64,000 bases of DNA from Lingula anatina (lineage: Eukaryota > Animalia > Brachiopoda), in NCBI GenBank assembly GCA_051362555.1, contig CM120640.1:434001-498000 (forward strand), read 5' to 3'. The notes under the pieces are model-generated. The model saw nothing but the letters and a program-made list of their open reading frames with translations. It had not been told where the DNA came from and did not search any database. The translations under genes and the position numbers were made by a program. Shown piece by piece: positions 44,728 through 58,925 of the stretch. How positions within the stretch are numbered: the first letter of the stretch is position 1; every line of letters starts with the position of its first letter.

Positions 44728-44965
44728 CTTACTCTGATGGTGCTCAATAGAAACTGCAATAACAAACTTCTACGCTAAAACAGAATTATTTTTAAGGAAG
44801 GAACGCTTTCAAAAGCCAGTCTGTTGTCAATCCTTCCTATGTAGATGTCTTGAAGCGTCTATGCATTAAGTAAATGGACGAGGCTGTGTTTCTTTTAACG
44901 GACTTCCTTTGCCTCCTACTCAGACGTGCGTGCGTGCTCGAGCTTGGCTAGAACCCCTGGTGCCG

Positions 44966-44974
44966 CTTTTATAG
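44966..44974 (-). promoter_or_regulatory. TATA box of the myomodulin-like gene
   Basis: Minus-strand gcTATAAAAg in GC-rich flanks, about 240 nt upstream of the signal-peptide ATG. Confidence 0.7.
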
Positions 44975-47900
44975 CGCCAGCCGCTGTTGGAGGCGCGACG
45001 TGGTTTCCTCCGCACTTCGCAATCGACGCTATTTGCTAATTCATGGGATATCTCTTAATTACTGCGTGAACAGCCTCTCGCGCACAGGAAAAACGTTGCC
45101 GTCAACGGGCAGTTCGCCAGCCAACGAGAACTGATGTTACTTATATAACTTGGGCCACTATGGACACGGCCGCTGGTGAATACTTGAAATAATACAATGA
45201 TCTATGGGCTAGCGTAGAATAAGATAATTTTGACACATAGGGCAATTACAATTTGTGTTACAAATTCAATAGAGTGAATTTAGGAAAACATTGTATTCAA
45301 TAGATGTAGAATGAAAGATCCAATACCTTTCATTTATTTTGTTATAATAGCCGTGGTAATGAATTGGCGGATAATTGTAAGATGCAGATCAACATTTGTC
45401 TTTCGCTACCCAAGGGATTTATAAATCAACGCATTTAATGTCAACTTTGTTTGTGGTGCGAGATCTCTTTTGTTTTAGATGTATGCTCTGAAAGGTTCAC
45501 TAGCTATCAAATTGGTGGTTAAATTTGGCTGCAGCACGAGTTGTCATCGTCTTGACAAGTAGCAGAAACAATGCTCAAATATCTGATTATTTTATGAACG
45601 CATCCACCGTAATTCCGACAGAGAGAAAATCGATGCAGGGCAGCACGACCGTTTGCTTAGCGTGACCCGGGGGTGGACCAGCTATTGTTCCTGTATTATA
45701 TATAGGTCTTCCGAGGAACACAATAACACTGACTTCATCATAAAAGGCAGCCGTTTTCTTCATTGTAACTCACACCACGGTCACGTAGAGAGATTTCTAA
45801 GAGGAGACCCCCAATCAGAAGTAATTCACACCTTTGGCGATATGGCCGCAGAAAGTACATTAATGACGTCATTTTCTGCCAGTGTAACGTCTCTTCATGA
45901 TGCAAAGGGCAATGTATTTGGCCACTCCTATTTGAAAATAAAGGGGGTATGAACAAGCCTTGATAAACACAGGGTGGGAGGCGGGTTTGGCCTGATTAGT
46001 GAAGTGAGGTTTGGTGTTCCCTGTTCAAAGGGTGGGAGGTGGGAGGCTATCTCGTAGACTATACTCTACATAAGCAGGGACTATTTGGATATGCATGGTA
46101 GGAAAATATCCATATATGTTAAACTGTAATGATGCAGCATAGACATCCATTGCTCACTGTCAATTTTATGACCAGTAGTAACCTGCACTGTTGTTTTATT
46201 AAGGGATGTACTACCAATGACCCGCTTGTTAAATAGACAGACTACTTTGTCATTTTAATTGCCAGACAGCTTAGCTCATTATCATTATTTATTTATTTTT
46301 GAAACACCACATGAACACGATCATCCTCCAAGCAATGTTGCCTGTGTTCTTGTGTAGAGAATCAAGACGATTTAATTTTGAGAGAGAGAGAGAGAGAGAC
46401 TGACATTGCTGTGTATCTACTGTAAATTAGTTAATTCTTATTTCTTTTTGGTCCAAGGTATTATCTGTACTGAAATATTAACTCAACCTTGTCTGTTAAT
46501 AAAAATATTTGTCAATTATGTTTCAGGCTATGTAAGATAATTAGTAGCAATTGATAAAAATGCCAATGGCCATAAAATAACAGTTAAAGTAAAATATACA
46601 TTTGAAATGCACGGTCTTACGATAAAATTATGGTGCGAGTATGATTTGAAAACGATTTTTTAAATTTTGAGAATTCTTCTGAAAGGTTTGATAAAATTTA
46701 CTACATGTTATTATGCCAGGGGGATTTATACAAAAATGTTGAACTTTTAGGACGTCGAATTATTTCAAAAAGGCGAGTGAAAAATATAGATAGCAGGGAC
46801 CTTTTATCAATAGAAATCATTAATTAATTAATTTGTCAATTAATTGAGCTTTCATTTACTCCTTTGTTTATTTATTTATTAATTAATTTTTCACCTTATT
46901 TTCGATATTTTGTAAAATTCATTCGTCCATCATATTGTTCTGAAAATTATAAACTACATCGTCTATTGATGGAAGCTGCTTGATCGTCTTCTCTTTATAT
47001 TTTTCCTATAGTCTCTCACAATAACTCACTCCCAAACTAGACCAGTACATTACGCGCCGTCTCTTATCAGTGTTGTGCTGGGGATCGTTTTATATCGAAA
47101 TGACCCATTGTTCGCTTAATGTGCAATTCGTCATCATCTTCTTACACCGTATTAGTAACGATTTGTTGGATCTATTGCCCCGGAATGGTGGTTTAATATG
47201 ATGTTTGACTCCCTTGCCTGTCTTCATCATAGGACCATGTTCAAATAATTCTCTCTTCATCTACTTGGCTGGGTTTGCTAAGCTGCAACTACAGCATTTA
47301 ACTAAAATTTGTGCGAATTAAATCTTTTCGTCAAAGCGAACTATGTTGAACCATAAATAAGTTTCAATGTGTCTGTCTGTTCGTCCGTCTGTTTGGCACT
47401 CCTTCTTTCCGTCATTGCGTCTGTCTCTCGCTTTCTCAGTCTCTGGTTAACAACCAGGGCAGGCCTCGTGTGCGAAAGAACATTCTGTGATTAAGAGAAA
47501 AAGGGTAGCGTGCATGTGAAAGTTTTAGAATAGTTTGCCAGGTTTGCTCAAATGTTGCCTTAGCTTGCAATCAACAATTGGAGATGAATAGGCCTTCTTA
47601 AGTGACTTGATAGCTGTTTATTGGACTTTGTCATCAACCAACCGGAACCGTTCAATAACTGCGCACTGTCGTTTCTCAGATTAATTAAATCGTTCTTTCG
47701 AGAAAAATGAGAAAAACGACTAAATACTAATTAATGCCATGCAAATTTCTATAAATATGCAAAAATTCGCCGTGTAATTGCTTTCTGCATTATGTGCCTA
47801 ATTAATGAAATTATTTTATTTCACGCCGTAAAAGAGAACCTAAGTAAGCATTACTAAGGCATGGTAATTAGTTTCATTTATCAAAAATAAGGGTTCATTT

Positions 47901-48065
47901 ATTTCCAGTGGTGTAGCTCCGAGGAAAATGTGTGGCATGTAAGCTTTGGAATACCACAGCGTCACTTACAGACTTCTTTTTCTTATCACCTAAGAATTTG
48001 ATTATTCATTTGCAAATAATAATACAAATATAATACAAAGGAACGTTTTTATATAATTCTATTAT

Positions 48066-48072
48066 AAATAAA

Positions 48073-48168
<96 letters not shown>

Positions 48169-48170
48169 TT
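48066..48170. repeat. Compound microsatellite (TAAA)n(TAA)n(TTA)n
   Basis: Direct read; the TAA tract flips to TTA near 48143. Confidence 0.95.
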
Positions 48171-50858
48171 GTATATGATGCACTAAACAAAGGATTCAAT
48201 GTAACATGCAATCTTCAATGACACTACATGTGCATGCATATACCGTGTAAGAAAACTCTTTATCGATATATAAATACTTTTTTATTTTAATTACTATTTA
48301 AAGCTTGACTTTCTCTCGTTTTTATCAGTAACATTTATGTATATGTATAGTGCACTAAACATAGGTTTGTATATAATATGTAACTTTCTATAATGCTGCA
48401 TCTACGAAAATTTTGTCATCTTAACTCTTAAGGGTTCAATACATAGCGACACAGCTATTTTAAAACCTGTCTTGGTTTACTTATTGGTGAGAAACAGCAT
48501 TAGAGTTTAAAGAACCTGGATAGCCAACAAGACTGGTTATTACAAGAACAGAAGCAAAACATTTACTCTACAAAAAAACTATGATCTATAAGGATTAATG
48601 TGATAGACAGGCATACATTGCACGTGTAAAGTGTGAAGAAGAAATCAGACCCCGTATAATGAACTGCCCCTGTCATCAATACATACACCTTATTTATTGT
48701 GCATTACCCAATACTGTATTTGAAAATGGTGCAACGGATCATTTTACAGGTTTAATACTTGCTATAAATAACTATGTTACCTATATATATATAATTTGAT
48801 ATGTCATAAAACCTTTACAAACGATAGAAATAGACATGCCATGTTCACCAGTGCAAAAACATGCATATCAAATCTTCGAAATAAAAATAAAGAAAAAACA
48901 CATTTTACAGCTCAAAGAAAGGAGGCATATTCTTAACAATAAAGCTGAATTCGATTGTTCGATGTTAAGATTTATTGGTAATAACGACGAATGTACATGT
49001 ACTGAAATAAAATTGCCCTTACAAAAGCGTTGATATATACGCAAACGGCATACTTTTGACGTCATGGCGAATCAAAATGGCGTCACCATGTATAAGCTGT
49101 AATAAGAAATATAAATACGACTTCTTTTCATATCCCCAAATAATGATTTTCATTCGATTGTACAGCAAATTTATATCAATAACATCTTATGGGGTCAAAC
49201 TCTGAGCATTAAGGGGCAATTACTTTAAACCAACTCAAAGAGGTCTCCTAGATTGGTATTAAGCAGTGGAATCGTTTTACTTGAAGGAAAAATGTCATCT
49301 TTATTTCATCAAAAAGATTAAAAATCCTTTGAACAGACAGATTTCTCAGCAGAATTTTGCTCCAACTGCTGGTCAAATTTCCCCCAACTGAGCAAAAGTC
49401 AAAATACAAAATAAAGTGTATTTTTTATTGAACGGTTAAGCCCTTCGTACAAAGACTTACGAATAAAAGTCACAATGAATATTTCTTTTGATTGCTTGTA
49501 CTTTTGAGTTAACACGGTGATGCAAAAGTACAGTATATAAAAGAAACCCGTGCATTTCAGTAAAATGCCATATCATTTATAGCCAAATATCTTTAAATTC
49601 CAACAGCATAAGCCGAGGTCAAATATCAACACCGAAACAATGTGTCATAGGACACGCCCACCCTACGTCAATCACGTGAGTTACTTAAACATAAGCTTTC
49701 TATAAAGTCAGTGGACAACTACAGATCACCCAGTACTGTACACATATCACCATCACGATTATCAACACTGTCTTCAGCTTTCACTGCTGCCAAAATAACA
49801 TGAAACTTGTCCGTCATTTCCTTCAGAGTGGCACTAATGGTGTTCTGCAGATAGATCCGTCCAAGCTCCCATGGATGCCAACTCTATCGACTTCCCATTA
49901 CCAGGCGCTGCGCTAATATTAGCCGGCAAAACCGACTCCACGCTGAGTTTGCTTTCATTATGAAGGCGTGGATAATGATGACGAAGTGGTCTTAATTACT
50001 ATTTCATCTATTTCTCTTGTACCGTATGGTTTTGTTCAAATTAGGCACTCGTTTGGATGATAGTTTAACTTCCTGTCATATCACTAATGAGACTTAGATA
50101 TTAGTATTAAGTGAAGATTGGAATTTGTATGCTGAGTGAGTGCATAAAGTTTTTTAATCGGAACTTCAACATTTTAAAACACATTTCAGATTTATCATCT
50201 GTATTGTCCGGAACAGATGTTTGAAGATGATGACGGTGCCATATTCATACTCCCACGCACATTCCTAGAATAGGCAAGCAATGATCAGAATTACCAGGCC
50301 TGCTTTGGTACAGGCCAACAATGATGTCTTAGAAATAATCTTATAGACATTGGCAATGATAACATTAAGCTATTCACAGGGCATGTTTGTAAGTTTGGTA
50401 TCCCCCCATTGAGTCAGGTGCATTATTTCCCACGTTTTACTTTAAATCCTCAATACCTCTATATGGGGCTATATTTGAATAAAAAAGAAAAAAAAGGCCA
50501 CGGTAGAGAACTGCACTGCGAGGACCCGGTTTAAAAGTATACCGCCGTGGACTACACGGGACCTCATACTTCTAAATATCATCTTATCTCGTCGCATGAG
50601 TTATTCACAGCAATTTTCAACTTAAATAAAATAAAAAAAAAATGAATTAATTAAAACTAAAGTAAAGTAAAAGTAAAATTAAGTAAAATAAAATAAAAAT
50701 AAAAAAATTATAATGTTTTGCCTAAGCTTCGTCTCCTTCGTCTCTACCTATGTTTATATCCATTTTACAATACACAGCAATGTGGTTTCATCCAGTAAAA
50801 AATTAGACAAGATGACTTGAAATATTTTGATAGAAATTCATCTGTGTAGTCTGTTGGT

Positions 50859-50990
50859 ATGTTATAAGATTAAACTTTTCATTTTCGACACTAAATTAAA
50901 GCTATACCTTACATGCCATAATCGTCCTCAGTGTGTAAGGCATATAGCTTTAATTTAGTATGGCAAGTGCCTTGTTTGATCTTATAACAT
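50859..50990. repeat. Imperfect palindrome of about 130 bp (probable MITE remnant)
   Basis: atgttataagattaaac...actaaattaaagctataccttaca / tgtaaggcatatagctttaatttagt...gtttgatcttataacat. Confidence 0.75.
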
Positions 50991-52120
50991 GGCTTGAAAT
51001 AGACAAAAACAAGAATTAGAGTGTTTAATAAAAAGCATGAACGATAAATCTTAATAGTCTGAATTCGCCTGACAAGGTTCCATCTTCCTACATCGACTAT
51101 ATAATCTAGAAGTCTGAACCGTTACGTAGATCTTAAGACATGTTTCGTGAAAAATTGGAACAAGCAATCAGAGTACCAGACATATGATGGACCCATTGCT
51201 GAAAGATACTGATATCCGATCAAATCGTTGTGGATTACACCCCTCTAGTTGATTTCATTTCGAAATCTGAAATAGGAACAAATGAACTTATTGGTTTTGA
51301 TTGTGTTGATAGAGTTTCACCTAAACGCAATTAGCTTTGTGGGCGCAACTACCACAACCCACCTTTAGAGCTTCTCTACAGCAATTAGCATTGTGAACAC
51401 ATCGGGCACACCTCGCCTTCGCGGCTTCTCTACAGCAATTTATACCGAATGTTCGCCAAATAACAGAAGAGCATGTGGTTACCTTGGTTTCAACACTGAT
51501 AACACTTTTAAGGAGTTGAAAAATGCACTGTGAACATTATTAAGAGCGTGGACGGACAGAAAAAATATGCAAAATTTTTATCGACATTTAGATCAAATAC
51601 CGCATGCATCTTGTAGTGTTTGAATTGTTTTGAAGCGATAGTGTAATTTACAGCTTGTCTGTCTGGCAATGAATTTTCAAGTAGGCCTCACCCAAAGGTA
51701 AACGAAGATCTTTTGGAAAGGGTCCTTTTAAACAAAGAATCTCATAAATGTACAAAATATTGGACAAGGTCGTGCGATACAAATTGGACTAAAAACTGAT
51801 AGACTTTCAAAAAAAAAAAAAAAAAAAAAAAAAGGGAGATGTATGTAAACGCTTATCTTTATTTGATACACATGTAGTCAGTGGAATAAAGATCGTTCTG
51901 GTATAACCATAATAGTAAAGCCACCGCATTTGCTAAAATATTCTTATTACAACCGTCTGTGTGTGTGGAAATGAATGAAATTTGCCCAAAAAAATAAAGT
52001 GATGAGAGCAATTTGTTCTGTTGATTTCTCTAAGAGGCATACTGTGGCATACCAATCAATGAACTCGCGATCTATAGTTGTATACAGGAAGAGAAGGCAA
52101 TCTTAGGAAGGGATTGCAAT

Positions 52121-52121
<1 letters not shown>

Positions 52122-52165
<44 letters not shown>

Positions 52166-54512
52166 TTTATTTGTAGTCTAAAATCCATATATAAAATGTT
52201 TAGTAGACTTTACATGGGTAAAATGAACAGAAACAGATGACTAAAATAAATGAAAAGGTAGTTAAAATAATAAGATATGAACTAAAGATGAAAACTAATG
52301 TGTAATTGAATTGATAAGATATCAAAAATAAACTTTACAGTGTAAAAGACAACAGCCAGTCAAATCAATTGTAAAACTTTTTGAAGATATAAGTTTTGAA
52401 TTATTTTTTAAAATTGTCCTCAGACTCTATTGTTTTAAATAAATAGGGAGATCGTTCCACTCAATTGGCCCATAGACCTGCAGAGCAACATCACCGTACG
52501 CTCTTAATCTGGAATTACCAGGCGTTAATTAAAGCTGATCGACTGATCTTAAAGCGCGTTTTGGAACAAAGCGTTGAACTAGTTTTTGTAAATAGGGGGG
52601 TGCTGATTGGTAAAAAATTGCAGGCATAAAAGTTAAAATTTTGAATAAAATGCGTGCTCTGACTGGGAGTCAGTGTAACTGCTTTAAAATGGGTGTGATA
52701 TGTTCCTCCCTGGCTGTTCGGGTTAAGATAAGAGTTTATTTAGCCAATTATAAAAATCGGAAATCATTTTCCTTTTGGAGCAATAAACAGAGTAAAATGA
52801 TAAAATAATACAATAAATAAATAAATTAAGAATTTAGTTTTGAGATCAAATTAAAATGCGTCACTGCACTTTGATAAAAGCTGTTTAAAAAAGCGTTTAC
52901 TGCCTTTAAAAGTAAAAAATAAAAAGTCGTGCTGAAATATTCTGAATTCGCTGCAATTTTTTTTATTCGTTCGTCGGTACAGCCATAAGGTAAAGAGTTG
53001 CAATAGTCTAAACGAGAGGTGATCATAGCATGAATAAATGTTGCCGCAGAAGATTGATCCAGGTAGTTTCTAATAGCACCGATGTTTCTAATGTTAAAAA
53101 TACACGATTGAGTGATATTTGATATTTGTCTGTCCATGGAGAGAGTGGAGTCAAAGTAGACACCCAGGTTTTTCACGTGTGGTAATGGGTTCACAACACT
53201 GGTGCCTACTGGTAATTCAAGTTGTAGATTTTGAGCAAGTTACTTGTTATTTGGCTGCGTGATTAATAAAAACTCAGTCTTTCCGTCGTTTATTTTCAGT
53301 TTGTTGTTGATGAGCCAGGCGCGAATATCAGCCACACAGTTGGTAATTTTATCCATAGATGGTTTAGGATTTTGTAAGTCACAGCAAGTATAGATCTGAG
53401 TATCATCAGCATACATGTGGTATCCAAGTTTGTGATGACGTACGAAGGCACTGAGTGGCAGGGTATAAATGCAAAACAAAAGTGGCCCAAGGACACTGCC
53501 TTGAGGCACCCCAAAAACAAGTTGTGAAAGATCGGAAAGAATGCCATTTACTGAAATTAGCCGTGACCTCCCAATGAGGTATGATCGAAGAAACGCAATG
53601 CCTTTATCCCTGACACCAACACTATCCTCAAGAAAAGTTAATAATGTATTGTGATCAACGGTATTGAAGGCGGCTGAAAGGTCTAGTAATATAAGTAGCA
53701 TAGCAGATTTGGGGTTGTTGTCAATGCCCATGTGTAGGTCTTTTTTTATCCTCAGGAGAGCTGACTCTGTGCTGTGTTTTGACTTATAGGCAGATTGCAT
53801 TTCCTCAACAAGGTTGTTATTGTTTAGGTGGTCGAACAATCTCACAGCAAGTACTCTTTCAATCACCTTAGAAAGGAATGAAAGATTTGATATAGGTCTA
53901 TAGTTCAGCATAAGGTCGGGATCAAGGTTGGGTTTTTTAGTACAGGTCGAACAATTCCAGATTTCAGCACATCCGGGAAATTTCCATTAATGAAACAAAT
54001 TTTTACAATGTGGGTGATTAGGTCAATTACAGCTGGCATGATCTGAATTAGCAATGGTGTTGGTATTGGGTCTAAGATACATGTTGTCTTTTTTGAGTTA
54101 TTGATGATTTTTGTCACTTCATCAGAAGTTGCCTTGGGAAAACTAGCAATGGTGATTTTGGTTCTGTGAGAAACCTTGATGTGGAGAGATGTGATGAGAA
54201 TGTGACAGTTTTTTCCAGATCATTGAGTTTGGCATAGATGTCACTAACTTTAGATGTTAAAAAGTTACTCATGCTATTCTCCAAGTCCTTCAGAGATCTT
54301 GCTGCAGGTAGTGTGGCACACATATTCTTGCCTAGGATGGTATTAACAGTGTTAAAAATTGCCTTGCTGTCACCATTACATTCACGAATCATGTCAGAAT
54401 TATAGGTTTCCTTTGCTTGTCGAATTAGCTGATTAATATGATAACACTTCTCTTTGTAGGTTTGATGATGCACAGACAACTTGCTTCGACGCCATTCGCA
54501 ATATTTAGTCAA
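52122..54512 (-). mobile_element. 5'-truncated, frameshifted L2/CR1-group LINE (reverse transcriptase pseudogene)
   Basis: NYRPISNLSFLSKVIER, LLDLSAAFNTVDH, GVPQGSVLGPLLF, YADD, RLDYCNSL and HITPILKQLH are split over several frames. (TTA)n tail at 52122-52165 and an AT-rich insert of about 190 bp at ~52733-52924. Confidence 0.95.
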
Positions 54513-57500
54513 ATTTAATGAAATAAAATTTCTCAGTCAAAGAAAAATGATGAAACTCTCAAAAGAACATGTGGTCACGGTAATTTTCTCAGTTACTGTA
54601 GATTTATTGATAGATATTTTTCCTCAGTTGTTTACAATGTCAGGAATATTTCATCACTTGTACTTATGTCATCCATGAGTAATCATCTTAACCTCTAGCT
54701 GTGTTTATTTACCGGAGAGCATATGCATATGCACCTCGGAGCGTTTTAACATTATTTTGAGGTGAGATAGCAATCGGCATGGGGCGTAACTCATTTCCTG
54801 TACGAGATATTATCACAAAAATTGGCACAGGTGAAGGCAAGTGTATGGGCTTCCATCCAGTGCCATGTTTTTTTTTTTTTTTTTTTGCCTGGAGTTATGA
54901 GCCCCTTATTACAATGCATCATTGCAAAATCATTTGCGCCAACTTTTTGCTCCTATAGCTGTTGTGATTTCTCACATTTTTCTTGATTAATCCTGGTTAC
55001 ACTCATTAACATACTTTATTATTTTTATATTATGGTACTTATATAGTTTGGGGGATGTTTGATTATCTCCCCAGTTTTGTAACTTTGTATCTTATTAGTT
55101 TTCGTCATTAATAAATGACAATTTTCAGTCATTTGGACTTATCTTACTTAATTTGGAGCAAAAACAGAGCTTCGTTGTGCTTGTGAACATTTGGCTACAT
55201 AAAAAACATCATTTTGCCTTATTAACGCTAAAATTCAATCTAGGGATTTTAAGAAAAATCGCTGTCAGGGTTTTGAAGTACTTAGCCATTAAATCGGCGT
55301 TGGAACGGTGTTCTTGGGTGCACTGGTTAAGGAGAAATTTGAGAAAACCGATTTGGCAATTTCACCCTAAAATCACAACTATGACGTCATCGGTAAAAGG
55401 ACATTTGTGTACATATGCAGAGGAATTTGGTCAGTGAATGCTGAAGATTCATTTAGTATCCATAACATGTACTTGAATATAGTGGGAGTTTTTGTCTAAC
55501 CCTGCCAGAACCCTTGAGTGTGTTGATCAAACCATATAGAACTTAGTATTTCCCATATCTGACAAGGCCCAAAGCATTTCTAAGTAAAATACCCAGGTTC
55601 CTTTTAGCAAAAACTCTGCAAATATTAGTGATGTAAACCGTTAGTTGTTTCAATATTCCAATTAGAAATCCTTGTCTTCATGAGTGGCATATTAAAGACC
55701 TACATTAATTTCATTGTGTTTTTCTATTGTTCTGACACATTGTTGTTTCTATGTTAAACCTACGTACCTATATTGTTTTCCCAGTTTCCCCCAAGGTTAC
55801 TGAGGACGCCCACAGAAACACGTGATATCTTTAAACCGGAACTTGGTAATAAACGACCAAACGCTAAGCAAACATCACAAGGCAACATGCATGACAGGTT
55901 TTTCCACAGCCAGTACATCTCACTTGTTTTTATGAAATTTGCATTCGTGTCACAATAGAAAAGCGGCTCGTGGTTCATGGAATTCGCCTTCATGACATTG
56001 ATTCCTCTCTGTTAGCCAAGAAAATCAACTGTATCATTATGAGTGATAACGAGCGGGACGAGTTCCACACCTAGCAATTAATTAGCTTTTCAAAACACTG
56101 GGTCAGGGTTGACAATAGAATAGATTGATTTATATCCGTTTGTATTGACTTTTGTATCGCGTTCAAGTTCGTTCATTGGGTACGAGCGGTACTTTTAAAG
56201 CTGAATTACCAGTGGAATGGATTCCCAGAAAATTGAAATAATCTTAAATGTTGAAATATGCATTACTTATGTGACCGTCAAGGGTTGTCCACCGATCACT
56301 GTTATCTGATGAATTGATGAATTCAGTGTATGTCTTTATACCGTGCTTTTGAATTATGTAGATGTTTGCTTCTGTTAAAAACAGAATCATGCTCATTTGG
56401 TATTCTCAACGAACTTTACTGCTTGCAACGAATAATAGTACCAAAAATATTCTCCTTTTCTATTACAAAAGAGAAATTTGATATCCCTGCAATAAACAGC
56501 ATGATACATGTCACCCTCTTCTTTGGGAATTATCATCATCGTGTAAAAACCATATCCCGGTCTGTGTCGCCGGAAATGCACGAATCCACGTACCGGTCGC
56601 TTCTGGTGCCTCTACCGCACGCCCACGTCCACGTGATATTTCGAGAATGAGGAAATTATTGCCTTTTTTTGCCATAAGTACTTCGTTCGCTAATAATATC
56701 CATAAACTGAGAAGAAACTGATTGTGTCAACACATAGCATGTGTGTCTTTCACTAATAATGGAAGATTAACTTCGAAATTATCGTCGACCAATATTGACC
56801 AAGTCCCGCAGTTGTATTGGCTCCATGTTTGCCAAAGTCATGTTTTCAAGTGCACTGGACATCAAACTTGTCCAATACATAATAACTGCACCAAATTATA
56901 TATCGTTTAGGCTTTTCAAACCGAGATTAAAATTGATTTGTGAGTCAGTGTAGTAAATCTAATTGACAATTATTATCAGAGTGTCCATAAAGCCAGCTCA
57001 AGGGTACGTCAGTAAAGAGACAGTGGTTGCGCGCAATGACTAATTAAATCTCTCCCCTTTAGTAGCTCACTTATTGATCATTTGGAAGTTTTCAATGGAT
57101 ATGTCAAATTGGCGATAGTATACTGCCAAAACCTGTGCTGGGACCAAATGTAAGAGTGAAACTTCCAGATCAACCGTCGAGGAAGGCCGGATAACTTTCT
57201 ACTCACAGGGTTGTATTGAACCTGGCTGTGGTGAGCTTGAGATTAATTTTGTACCAATATTTTGTTACAGGCAATTCGACAATGAACTCCAGAAAGTGGT
57301 CGTTGTAGTAACACCTTTTTTGCAAACTACTTCAGCAGAGCATGGCAGTTAGTTTCCAGGAAATTGCTAAAAATATTGTGTGGTAAACTTCCAAAACGTG
57401 AAAACAACGTTTCGTATTGTTTAATCAGGGATATATCTTATCTAATATTGTTTTTTATATTTTGGTTATCATTAATGAATTTATATCATGTAACTCTGTC

Positions 57501-58482
57501 TTTAAAGAGCAAAAACTAAAGTAGAAGTAGGCTATCTCGCGATCTATACGACATTTAATTTTTGCTGTGTAAAGTTTAATTTTCTTTTTTCCTTTATCAG
57601 CCTATAATAGTTTGTAAAACAAAACGATAACTAGATAAATATATATTCGAACGGCCAATGCACGGAAACGTTTGGATAATTATGATAGAAGTTCCACTTT
57701 GTCTGTTAAATCCCAGTGATCACTGTAAGTATTTTGTTTAACTATTGTGTACACGGTGGTAAATGGTAAAACTCACTCTTCCAATAAAACGGTGCCCTTT
57801 TTTCTAGATTACACCGTAAAGTTTTTGTATATTCATCTAATCTAAATAGCAAAGAAGGCCAAGTGGCAATTTTCCGTTGACTAATTACGTGTAACAGCGT
57901 GTAGCTTACTAGTCAAACAACAATCTCGTATTCCCTGGTGCATTATGTGGGTAGATGTGTAAAAGTCGAGTTGGATGCTTTTTTGTCACGTTGATAAAGA
58001 GGAAAAAAGGGTCGTTGAAAATGGCAAACTACAAAAGTGTACGTCATATGGCTGGGGTTGGTTTGCTCTTAGTAAGTGCTCGGCCTGTGTTTCTGTCAGT
58101 CCATTTTAGCGCTATGTAGACACGACCACGTAGTTTTACGCTTCAGCGAACGATTTTCATTGGCCTGCATGATCCCATCAAAGAGGAGCGCATTGAAAGC
58201 GAAAGGAGTTTTATTCCTTTACATTGAGCTGATCACCAATTAATACTCCATTGGCGGCTTATTTAAGTTAAAACAGTGCTGAGTTCAGCCCAGTACATAA
58301 AGGGAGAGTTGCAATGGGGAAAGGTTCATTTCGACAATGATGGAACATTTGGCAGCCAGGTGTGGCCTTAGAAAGGTAGGTATGACAATGTACTCAGTTG
58401 TTACAAATTCATCTTTTTATCGGGCAATGAAACGAGTTGGAGCACTTTTAAGTGATATGGACATTTGCTATTTCATAACGAT

Positions 58483-58534
<52 letters not shown>

Positions 58535-58644
58535 TGAGTTAAAGGCGTACTGTATATTTCGTGGAATAAAAGACCTGCTTTGTTTATTACTATGCAATGG
58601 AATAATGTCAACAAGCCCTATGATATGGCATTTGTATAAGTATG

Positions 58645-58925
58645 GCCTCCATAGTTTCGGTCTTGCGTGCGTGACGCTCATAAAAAATAGCCGTGTTCCA
58701 TAGACATAATATCAAAATTGAGGCAATTTGTACCCGTACCTGGGTATTCTTAGAAAAGTTGATGACAAACGTCTTCATAGTTTCGGTCTTACGTGCGTGA
58801 CGCTCATAAACAATGACCATGTTCCATAGACATAATGTCAAAATTGAGGCAATTTGAACAGTTTCGGTCTTACGTGCGTGACGGTCATAAATAATGGCCA
58901 TGTTACAAAGACATAATGTCAAAAT
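58645..58925. repeat. Three-copy direct repeat (units about 80-127 bp)
   Basis: agtttcggtcttrcgtgcgtgacgstcataaa...catgttccatagacataatgtcaaaat at about 58653, 58779 and 58860. Confidence 0.85.

Noticed and set aside
58608-58922. 104-aa ORF with repeated ERHARKTET
   Set aside because: It is a translation of a non-coding direct repeat, with no splice or domain support.
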